DNA from: Candidatus Poribacteria bacterium
GTDB lineage: Bacteria; Poribacteria; WGA-4E; WGA-3G
DNA length: 64,000 nucleotides
Assembly (NCBI GenBank): GCA_965197475.1
Contig: CBDANF010000002.1
Span: forward strand, 896,001 to 960,000
Direction: 5' to 3'
Part shown: positions 56,746-64,000 of the stretch, in pieces
Layout of the letters: the number at the start of each line of letters is the position of its first letter
Position numbering within the stretch: position 1 is the stretch's first letter
The notes under the pieces: generated by a model
Databases searched by the model: none
Told to the model about the DNA's origin: nothing
The model's input: only the letters and a program-made list of their open reading frames with translations
Position numbers and translations under genes: made by a program

Positions 56746-58149
56746 ATGGAAAACAAACCAAATGTCATTTTTATATTAACAGACGACCAAGGACCTTGGG
56801 CAATGGGTTGTAGTGGTAACGACGAGGTACGCACACCCTATATTGACCAACTTGCCTCAGAAGGCACACGTTTTCCCAACTTCTTCTGCACGAGTCCTGT
56901 GTGCTCACCTGCACGCGCAAGCCTGATGACAGGACGCATTCCATCAGCACACGGCGTACACGACTGGATTCGCGATGGGAACATGCCACCTGACCCCGCA
57001 AGGTATCTTGAAGGGTTAACTTGTTATACCGATGTTCTCACAGAGAATAATTACACAGTAGGATTGAGCGGTAAATGGCATCTCGGTGATAGTTTAACAC
57101 CACAACACGGGTTCAGCCACTGGTTTGCTTTACCCACTGGTGGTAGCCAATACAACAATGCGAATATGATACGAGATGGACAAGTAGAGCAACAACCGGG
57201 CTACCTCACTGATGTTATCACCGAGGATGCATTAGAATTTATCTCCGCAAATAGCGAAGGACCTTTCTATCTTAGTGTCAACTATAACGCGCCGCATACG
57301 CCGTTTAACGGGCATCCACAAGACATCGTGGATTCTTATGACGATTGTCCATTCAAGACATGTCCACAAGAGTCGTTACATCCATGGGCAGTACAGGGGG
57401 CAGCAGCGCACATGGGCAATCGCGAGTCGTTGAAAGGTTATTTTGCAGCCATAACAGCACTCGATTTAAACGTCGGACGGATTTTAGATCGACTCGGTGA
57501 GTTAGGTATCCGCGAGAATACGCTTGTTGTCTTTAGTAGCGATAACGGCTATTCGTGTGGACATAACGGATTTTGGCACAAAGGCAATGGCACGTTCCCA
57601 CTGAATATGTATGAGAATTCGGTCAAGGTTCCCTTTGTTATCAGCCAACCCGGCAGAATTCCTGAAGGACGTGTCAGTGAGGCGATGGTAAGTCAATACG
57701 ATTTCATGCCGACACTTCTGGATTATCTCGGTTTGCCCGATCCGAATGATGATATGTCACCTGGAAGAAGTTTCGTCTCGGCACTTTCCGGTGAAACAAA
57801 CGATGCCCAAGATGAGATCGTTGTCTTTGATGAATATGGTCCTGTCCGCATGATCCGTACGCAAGAGTGGAAATATGTCCACCGTTATGCTTACGGTCCG
57901 CATGAACTTTACAATTTAACAAAAGACCCGCGTGAACGGAATAACCTTGTAGACGAGAAGGAGCATAACGCACTGATAGGCGATCTGCGGCGACAGATGG
58001 GAGCATGGTTTGAGCGATATGTAGTACCGGAATTGGATGGCGCAAGATGTTCGGTCACCGGCGGCGGACAAGCAGCAAAGATTGGAGAAGGGAATTATGG
58101 TGAAAATTCCTTCCATCCAAGATATGCACCACCTCGACGAAATGTTTAG
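56746..58149 (+). CDS. Formylglycine-dependent sulfatase, no signal peptide
   Basis: PNVIFILTDDQG, CSPARAS, GKWHLG and SDNG motifs; GGAG RBS before ATG 56746. Confidence 0.93.
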   Translation: MENKPNVIFILTDDQGPWAMGCSGNDEVRTPYIDQLASEGTRFPNFFCTSPVCSPARASLMTGRIPSAHGVHDWIRDGNMPPDPARYLEGLTCYTDVLTENNYTVGLSGKWHLGDSLTPQHGFSHWFALPTGGSQYNNANMIRDGQVEQQPGYLTDVITEDALEFISANSEGPFYLSVNYNAPHTPFNGHPQDIVDSYDDCPFKTCPQESLHPWAVQGAAAHMGNRESLKGYFAAITALDLNVGRILDRLGELGIRENTLVVFSSDNGYSCGHNGFWHKGNGTFPLNMYENSVKVPFVISQPGRIPEGRVSEAMVSQYDFMPTLLDYLGLPDPNDDMSPGRSFVSALSGETNDAQDEIVVFDEYGPVRMIRTQEWKYVHRYAYGPHELYNLTKDPRERNNLVDEKEHNALIGDLRRQMGAWFERYVVPELDGARCSVTGGGQAAKIGEGNYGENSFHPRYAPPRRNV

Positions 58150-58233
58150 ATGATACATATTCATCTGAGTCGGATGCGCTGAATGCTAAATGTGCATTCA
58201 GCGTTGATGTAGTAGCATCAATGGAGGAAAGAC

Positions 58234-59772
58234 ATGTCAGATCAGGAGAAAAACAAAAGCAGAAATATATCACGCCGGAGTTTTTTGAAGAACGTAGGCA
58301 CCAGTACTGTTGCTGCTGCAGTTGCTCCAGCGATCTTGATCGGTGCAGAGAAAACAGGAGAAACCCAAATGCAAAACCAACCAAATGTCATTTTTATTCT
58401 AACGGACGACCAGGGACCTTGGGCAGCAGGATGTTGCGGCAACGACGAGGTGCGAACTCCGTATATTGACCAACTCGCTTCAGAAGGCACGCGTTTTCCC
58501 AATTTTTTCTGCACAAGTCCTGTTTGCTCACCGGCGCGCGCAAGTCTGATGACTGGACGTATCCCTTCAGCACACGGTGTCCATGATTTTATCCCTACCG
58601 GGAACATGCCCCCCAACCCTATACGCTACCTTGAAGGACTCACCTGCTATACCGACGTACTCGCTGACAATGATTACACTGTCGGGTTGAGTGGCAAATG
58701 GCATCTCGGCGATAGCTTAAGCCCACAACACGGGTTTAGTCACTGGTTTGCTATGCCCTTAGGTGGAAGCAAATACAACAACGCCAATATGATTAGAGAT
58801 GGGAAGGTAGAGGTGCAACCGGGCTACCTCACTAACGTAATTACTGATGACGCATTGAATTTTATCTCCGAGAATCAAGAGGGACCATTCTATCTCAGTG
58901 TCCACTATAATGCACCACACACTCCATTCAATGGACATCCAAAAGACATCGTGGCTTCTTATGACAATTGTCCGTTTAAGACATGCCCACAGGAAGCATT
59001 GCATCCGTGGGCAGGGCGAGGATCGTTACCGCACATGGGTAATCGCCAGTCGTTGAAGGGTTATTTCGCTGCTATCACAGCACTTGATTTAAATGTCGGA
59101 CGGATTTTAGATCGACTCGGTGAGTTAGGTATCCGCGATAACACGCTTATTGTTTTCAGTAGTGATAACGGCTATTCATGTGGACATAATGGATTTTGGC
59201 ACAAAGGCAACGGAACGTTTCCGCTGAATATGTATGAGAATTCGGTCAAGGTGCCTTTTATCATGAGCCAACCCGGCAAAATTCCAGAAGGACGCGTCAA
59301 CGAAGCGATGGTAAGTCAATATGATTTTATGCCGACACTTCTCGATTATCTCGGCTTACCCGATCCCAATGACGATATGTCACCCGGTAGAAGTTTCGTC
59401 CCGGCACTTTCCGGTGAAACAAACGATGCCCAAGATAGAATCGTTGTCTTTGATGAATATGGTCCTGTCCGTATGATTCGCACGCAAGAGTGGAAATATG
59501 TCCACCGCTATCCTTACGGACCACATGAACTTTATGACTTAGTGAATGACCCGCGCGAGCGAAAAAACCTGATAGACGACAAGTCAAATAACGCACTGAT
59601 AAGCGATATGCGGCGACAGATGGGTGCATGGTTTGAACAGTATGTAATACCAAGATTAGACGGTACAAGATGTGCAGTCACCGGTAGAGGACAAGCTGGA
59701 AAGATTGGAGATGGGTTGTATGGTGAAGATGCTTTTCATCCAAGGGAAGGTAGACAACGTAAGAAGGCTTAG
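58234..59772 (+). CDS. Formylglycine-dependent sulfatase with Tat signal; tandem paralog of upstream gene
   Basis: SRRSFLK twin-arginine leader; same catalytic motifs; long identical stretches with the upstream gene. Confidence 0.93.
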   Translation: MSDQEKNKSRNISRRSFLKNVGTSTVAAAVAPAILIGAEKTGETQMQNQPNVIFILTDDQGPWAAGCCGNDEVRTPYIDQLASEGTRFPNFFCTSPVCSPARASLMTGRIPSAHGVHDFIPTGNMPPNPIRYLEGLTCYTDVLADNDYTVGLSGKWHLGDSLSPQHGFSHWFAMPLGGSKYNNANMIRDGKVEVQPGYLTNVITDDALNFISENQEGPFYLSVHYNAPHTPFNGHPKDIVASYDNCPFKTCPQEALHPWAGRGSLPHMGNRQSLKGYFAAITALDLNVGRILDRLGELGIRDNTLIVFSSDNGYSCGHNGFWHKGNGTFPLNMYENSVKVPFIMSQPGKIPEGRVNEAMVSQYDFMPTLLDYLGLPDPNDDMSPGRSFVPALSGETNDAQDRIVVFDEYGPVRMIRTQEWKYVHRYPYGPHELYDLVNDPRERKNLIDDKSNNALISDMRRQMGAWFEQYVIPRLDGTRCAVTGRGQAGKIGDGLYGEDAFHPREGRQRKKA

Positions 59773-59850
59773 AATTTATCACATAAATACTATTGTAAAT
59801 AAATTCGCCCTACAAACATTTTCTGAAATGGTTCGTTAGAAAGGAGTGAT

Positions 59851-60696
59851 ATGGCGAGTGCGTTTGCCCCCGGCAACATTTCGTGTGTCTTTAAAATTAT
59901 TCACCATCCCGATCCGTCCCGTATGCATTCTCTCGGCATGGGTTTCACCGTCCAAGAGGGAGTAGAGGTTACCGTTTCTGAACATCATGAGACAAAGGTC
60001 CTATTTAACGGACAAGACATCAATTTTCCGACAGTCCGCGCTGTCGTCAAACGTCTAACCCAAAATACAGATGTCCCAGGCATAAAAGTAAATCTCACGT
60101 CCCCGCTTCCGCTGGGGTGTGGTTTCGGACTGAGTGGTGCTGCCTCACTTGCCACAGCTTACGCGATCAACGAGCTGATAGCATTACGTAAAGAAAATGA
60201 AGAGCTCGCCATGATTACGCATGTAGCTGAAGTTGAAAATCGGACTGGGTTAGGCGATGTTTGCTCGCAATACCACGGCGGATGCCTCGTTAAGTTGAAG
60301 GAAGGCGCGCCTTTAGTTGCCGATAAGTTGCCGATTCCTGAACAACCTATCTATTATCGCTACTTTGGACCAATTCAGACGAGCGAAGTACTCAGAAACA
60401 GTGAACAGACGAAACGTATCAACCGCGCTGCTGATACAGCGTTAGCCGTATTGCAAAAACTTACACGTACTCAGTCGAATCCTGAACTCTTTACCGCATG
60501 TTTTACAGTTGCAAAGCAATTTTCTGTGGAAAGCGAGTTACTCAGCGATGCGCGGGTGATTGACACGATTGCACAAATTGAAGAAGCAGGCGGTGTTGCA
60601 TCAATGATTATGTTAGGAAACGGGGTTTTTAGCACACACGCATTTGATGGTGCAACGGAGACACGACTTGTTGAAAACCCAGCGCGACTCATCTAA
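59851..60696 (+). CDS. GHMP kinase, archaeal-type pantoate kinase-like
   Basis: AFAPGNIS, SLGMGF, PLGCGFGLSGAA, HVAEVENRTGLGDV and SMIMLGNGVF motifs. Confidence 0.8.
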   Translation: MASAFAPGNISCVFKIIHHPDPSRMHSLGMGFTVQEGVEVTVSEHHETKVLFNGQDINFPTVRAVVKRLTQNTDVPGIKVNLTSPLPLGCGFGLSGAASLATAYAINELIALRKENEELAMITHVAEVENRTGLGDVCSQYHGGCLVKLKEGAPLVADKLPIPEQPIYYRYFGPIQTSEVLRNSEQTKRINRAADTALAVLQKLTRTQSNPELFTACFTVAKQFSVESELLSDARVIDTIAQIEEAGGVASMIMLGNGVFSTHAFDGATETRLVENPARLI

Positions 60697-60716
60697 ATCA
60701 GTTGTTTTTACGTCTT

Positions 60717-60807
60717 ATACCAAATTAACGGGATTAGTCTTATTTTTTTGGGCAGACAGCGCGCTTACAAAGCGCGCCTACCGAGTGGGATCAAGTTAAT
60801 TTGGTAT
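60717..60807. repeat. Single MITE-like unit, inverted relative to the 25848 copy
   Basis: ATACCAAATTAAC...GTTAATTTGGTAT; its reverse complement is nearly identical to 25848-25938. Confidence 0.85.
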
Positions 60808-60872
60808 TATAGTAAAGTCTACGATTATTTGACACCATTAAAAGCACGCTTGCAAAGCATACTTACAGACTA

Positions 60873-62828
60873 ATGAGAACAATAGTCACACTTTTCTTAG
60901 CATTTTTTGTGGCATCTTCAGCCTTCTCTACGGTGGATTTTGAGGATGTAACCTTTGGGTTCAACAACGAATATAAATCAGGGAAATGGGCACTCCTGAA
61001 TGTTACCGTACGGAGTCAGAATGAACCTACTACGTTTAACGGGAAACTCACAGTTGAGGTTCACAATTCTTATTCAGACAAACCCATTTACCGTTATGCG
61101 ACTCCATTGCAGCTAAGTAAAACCGATCGGAAGCATAAAAAACTCTATATTTATTATCCAAAAACCAAAGTAAAACTACTCATACAACTAGTGCGATCAG
61201 AAAGATATGATCAGGAAATTGAGACATCTATTTCAGAACCACGTGCAATGCAGGAAATTATTCCACCAACACCGATTGCAAACAAAAACTATTTCGTGTT
61301 GGTATTAGCACCGAGTGGCGACAAAATACGAAAATTTATTGACAAAAAACAATTAAATGAAGATGGCACACGAGCACATATCAGATACCTTCCAAATTCA
61401 CACGCAATGCCGACACAGTGGATAGGTTATAGTGCTGTTGATCTGGTCGTTATTCGTGAGGTTTCCCTCACTGAGAGACGTATTTCTAAACAACAACGAG
61501 CAGCACTATTAGATTGGGTGCAGCGTGGTGGGACACTTGTTGTTTCAGGTGGTAGCAACTTTCGCTATCTAAAAGGTAGTTTTATTGAGCAATTTCTTCC
61601 GGTCAAATTGATACGTGAAGAGATAATTGATAAGGTGCCGCCTATCTTACAACAACAGTTGGGACTTAATACAAAAGATGTAGTATCAACGTTCAAGAGC
61701 ATTCACTTTGAACCTAAACTTGAATGTCACACTTTGCTCGGAACAGATGAACAGATTTACATCGCGAAACGAAACTTTGGGAGCGGACAGATTATATGTC
61801 TGGCGTTTAATTACAATGTTCCACCATTTTCAGAATTGAATGGAGGAGAAACCTTTTGGCGTTGGTTACTCAAAACCCATGGAAAATCACCCCGTTTTTT
61901 TGCGGATCGGTACTCGCCGTTTCGGCAACACGAGGAAAAGATTCATGAACAGTTTCTGTCGAAAATGCCGACACAGATTCCACTCGTCAAATTTTTGGCT
62001 GTTGTCCTACCGGTATATCTGCTCTGTTTTGGTGGTCTTCTTCTCTATGCTGGGAAACGTGGGCGTTCCTCACATAATAGAATTCGTCGTTACTGGATAG
62101 GAGGATTAATCTTTGTGCTAGTGTCCGTTAGTGCCATAAGTGTGGCGCGGACGGTCTTACCTAAAAAGATAGAGACGGACAAATTTTCAATACTATCGAT
62201 TTATCCTGAGCGGAAAAACGCGCACTTGCAAAGTTATGTTTCGCTTAGGACTGCTGCACGTACTAAAACATCAATTTCACTGACACCAAACACTTTTATT
62301 CGCCCTTTAAGGATTGAAAATGTCGTAAAATCAGCACAGTTCTCACAAGGATCAACGTCTCAGTTGCGAGAAACCACTATAGAACCGTGGAGTCCCAGCA
62401 CTTATGTGCGAGAAACTTTTTTTTCATTGGATACGCAAAAATCTCCAATAATGCTTGAGAATTCGTGGAGAATTAAAGGTGGAAAAGCAACCTACTTGGG
62501 AGATGTCACACTCGGAAAGAATAACATACGGTCACCAGATTCACCACCTGAAACGTTAAAAAAACTACCTCCTCACAAAGGGCTTAATGAAACTCGAAAC
62601 GCGTTTGCACAAATTTTACAGCGGGAAGGTATACTACAATATCTGTCTAAACTGGAAAACGGACTTACCATGGACAAAGCGCAGTTCCGCACTGTATTAA
62701 TTGGGTGGACTTCGCAGTTGGAACAGGTTTCAACAACGATTCCGCGCATGTCGACAGATGAAAATGTTAACGCAAATGATGAAACGTTAGTTATTTTATA
62801 TCTTAATGAAAAGAACACTGGAATGTAG
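60873..62828 (+). CDS. Secreted/membrane protein with glutamine-amidotransferase-like domain
   Basis: Signal peptide; ALLDWVQRGGTLVVSGG and RNFGSGQI; two internal TMs. Confidence 0.65.
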   Translation: MRTIVTLFLAFFVASSAFSTVDFEDVTFGFNNEYKSGKWALLNVTVRSQNEPTTFNGKLTVEVHNSYSDKPIYRYATPLQLSKTDRKHKKLYIYYPKTKVKLLIQLVRSERYDQEIETSISEPRAMQEIIPPTPIANKNYFVLVLAPSGDKIRKFIDKKQLNEDGTRAHIRYLPNSHAMPTQWIGYSAVDLVVIREVSLTERRISKQQRAALLDWVQRGGTLVVSGGSNFRYLKGSFIEQFLPVKLIREEIIDKVPPILQQQLGLNTKDVVSTFKSIHFEPKLECHTLLGTDEQIYIAKRNFGSGQIICLAFNYNVPPFSELNGGETFWRWLLKTHGKSPRFFADRYSPFRQHEEKIHEQFLSKMPTQIPLVKFLAVVLPVYLLCFGGLLLYAGKRGRSSHNRIRRYWIGGLIFVLVSVSAISVARTVLPKKIETDKFSILSIYPERKNAHLQSYVSLRTAARTKTSISLTPNTFIRPLRIENVVKSAQFSQGSTSQLRETTIEPWSPSTYVRETFFSLDTQKSPIMLENSWRIKGGKATYLGDVTLGKNNIRSPDSPPETLKKLPPHKGLNETRNAFAQILQREGILQYLSKLENGLTMDKAQFRTVLIGWTSQLEQVSTTIPRMSTDENVNANDETLVILYLNEKNTGM

Positions 62829-62842
62829 CCTCACGCTATTAA

Positions 62843-63802
62843 ATGCAGGAGATGAGAGGTGAAGAGATGGATGTGCTATCGCTTGGAATTTTTGTCGTTG
62901 ATGTGCTCGGAAGACCAATTGACCGTTTTCCTGAAAAAGGAAAATTGGTGCTTTTTGACGAACTGGAAATCCATACCGGTGGTTGTGCCAATAACACAGC
63001 GATTGCACTTGCACGACTCGGTATTTCCGTTGGGGCTATGGGTAAAATCGGTAACGACCATTTTGGAAATTTAGTTCTGCAAACTCTTACAGAAAATCGG
63101 GTTGATACAGCAGGCATAGAGCGGGATGCAAACGTGAACACCTCTTTTACATTCGTGGCGATTGCGTCCGATGGTGAACGGAGTTTCTGCCACTACATCG
63201 GGGCAAACGGTGAACTTTGCGAAGACGACCTCAATTGGGATATTATAAAAACTGCCAAAATTATGCACATTGCAGGTGCGCTTGTCATGCCCAAATTTGA
63301 TGGGCAACCAATGACGAATGTCCTCAAAAAAGCAAAAACATTCGGAATAACGACCTCTCTTGACACTGCATGGGACGCAACAGGCAAATGGTTGGAAACT
63401 TTGGAACCGTGTTTGCCGTTCGTTGATATCTTTCTGCCGAGTTTGACCGAAGCAGAACATCTGACGGGCACATCCGAATTGCGCGAAATATCCAAATTTT
63501 TGAGGAACTACGGCATCAGCACTATTGGAATTAAAATGGGTGAACGCGGTAGTTACGTTTCAACTTCTGAAGAAGAACTTTTTGTCCCGGCATATTCCGT
63601 TGACATCGTTGATGCGACTGGTGCTGGCGATGCTTATGTGGCAGGTTTTCTGGCTGGAACGGTAAAAGGATGGGATATTAAAACAACATCTGAATTGGCA
63701 TCAGCGACTGGTGCTGCTTGTGTAACCGCTATCGGAACCACCGCGGGTATCCAAAATCTTGAAGAAACCTTGAAAATCTGTAAAAATGGCACAGTATCGT
63801 AA
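62843..63802 (+). CDS. PfkB-family carbohydrate kinase
   Basis: [15 protein letters not shown] and [14 protein letters not shown] motifs. Confidence 0.93.
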   Translation: MQEMRGEEMDVLSLGIFVVDVLGRPIDRFPEKGKLVLFDELEIHTGGCANNTAIALARLGISVGAMGKIGNDHFGNLVLQTLTENRVDTAGIERDANVNTSFTFVAIASDGERSFCHYIGANGELCEDDLNWDIIKTAKIMHIAGALVMPKFDGQPMTNVLKKAKTFGITTSLDTAWDATGKWLETLEPCLPFVDIFLPSLTEAEHLTGTSELREISKFLRNYGISTIGIKMGERGSYVSTSEEELFVPAYSVDIVDATGAGDAYVAGFLAGTVKGWDIKTTSELASATGAACVTAIGTTAGIQNLEETLKICKNGTVS

Positions 63803-63825
63803 GTGCGGAAATAGGAACTTACATC

Positions 63826-64000
63826 ATGAATGAGACTGCAATCGTTCAAACAGAAAACCTATCAAAATGGTATGGCGAAGTTATGGGCGTGAATGATGTT
63901 ACACTGACGATTCACCCTGGAATTACCGGTTTGCTTGGTCCCAACGGCGCAGGCAAAACGAGTCTACTCAAACTAATGACAGGTCAACTCAAACCGAACA
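63826..64000 (+). CDS. ABC transporter ATP-binding protein (truncated by window end)
   Basis: [17 protein letters not shown]...[12 protein letters not shown]. Confidence 0.85.
   Translation, partial: MNETAIVQTENLSKWYGEVMGVNDVTLTIHPGITGLLGPNGAGKTSLLKLMTGQLKPN

Noticed and set aside
59801-59813. GTAGGGCGAATTT REP start on the minus strand
   Set aside because: Only half a hairpin; too degenerate to call.

Overview
Bacterial genomic window with no rRNA, tRNA or CRISPR array seen. The gene content suggests Candidatus Poribacteria or a similar sponge symbiont (inference): an archaeal-type pantoate kinase, ankyrin/TPR proteins, PhyH dioxygenases, tandem sulfatases and SCP2. Main elements: (1) A ~17-kb co-oriented cluster (2779-19751) encoding a membrane-anchored caspase-family protease, a 5-repeat beta-flower-like protein, a lidless Hsp70-vWA fusion, a GrpE-like protein, a second lidless Hsp70, a beta-barrel-like protein, three membrane proteins sharing a near-identical HPD-less J-domain-like N-terminal module fused to different ankyrin/Ig effector regions, an FGE-sulfatase-domain membrane protein and a CsgG-like lipoprotein. 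It looks like a dedicated non-housekeeping chaperone/conflict or symbiosis system and is the best candidate for an undescribed system. (2) A type I R-M locus that splits an aapJQMP operon and carries two nested cargo cassettes between hsdM and hsdS, delimited by three 51-bp copies of the hsdM 3' end. (3) An intact IS1-family element with TIRs, an 8-bp TSD and back-to-back promoters. (4) A ~90-bp MITE family enclosing GTAG-type REP hairpins. (5) Several decayed genes plus ordinary metabolic genes. All family assignments come from motif recognition by eye; no database searches were run.
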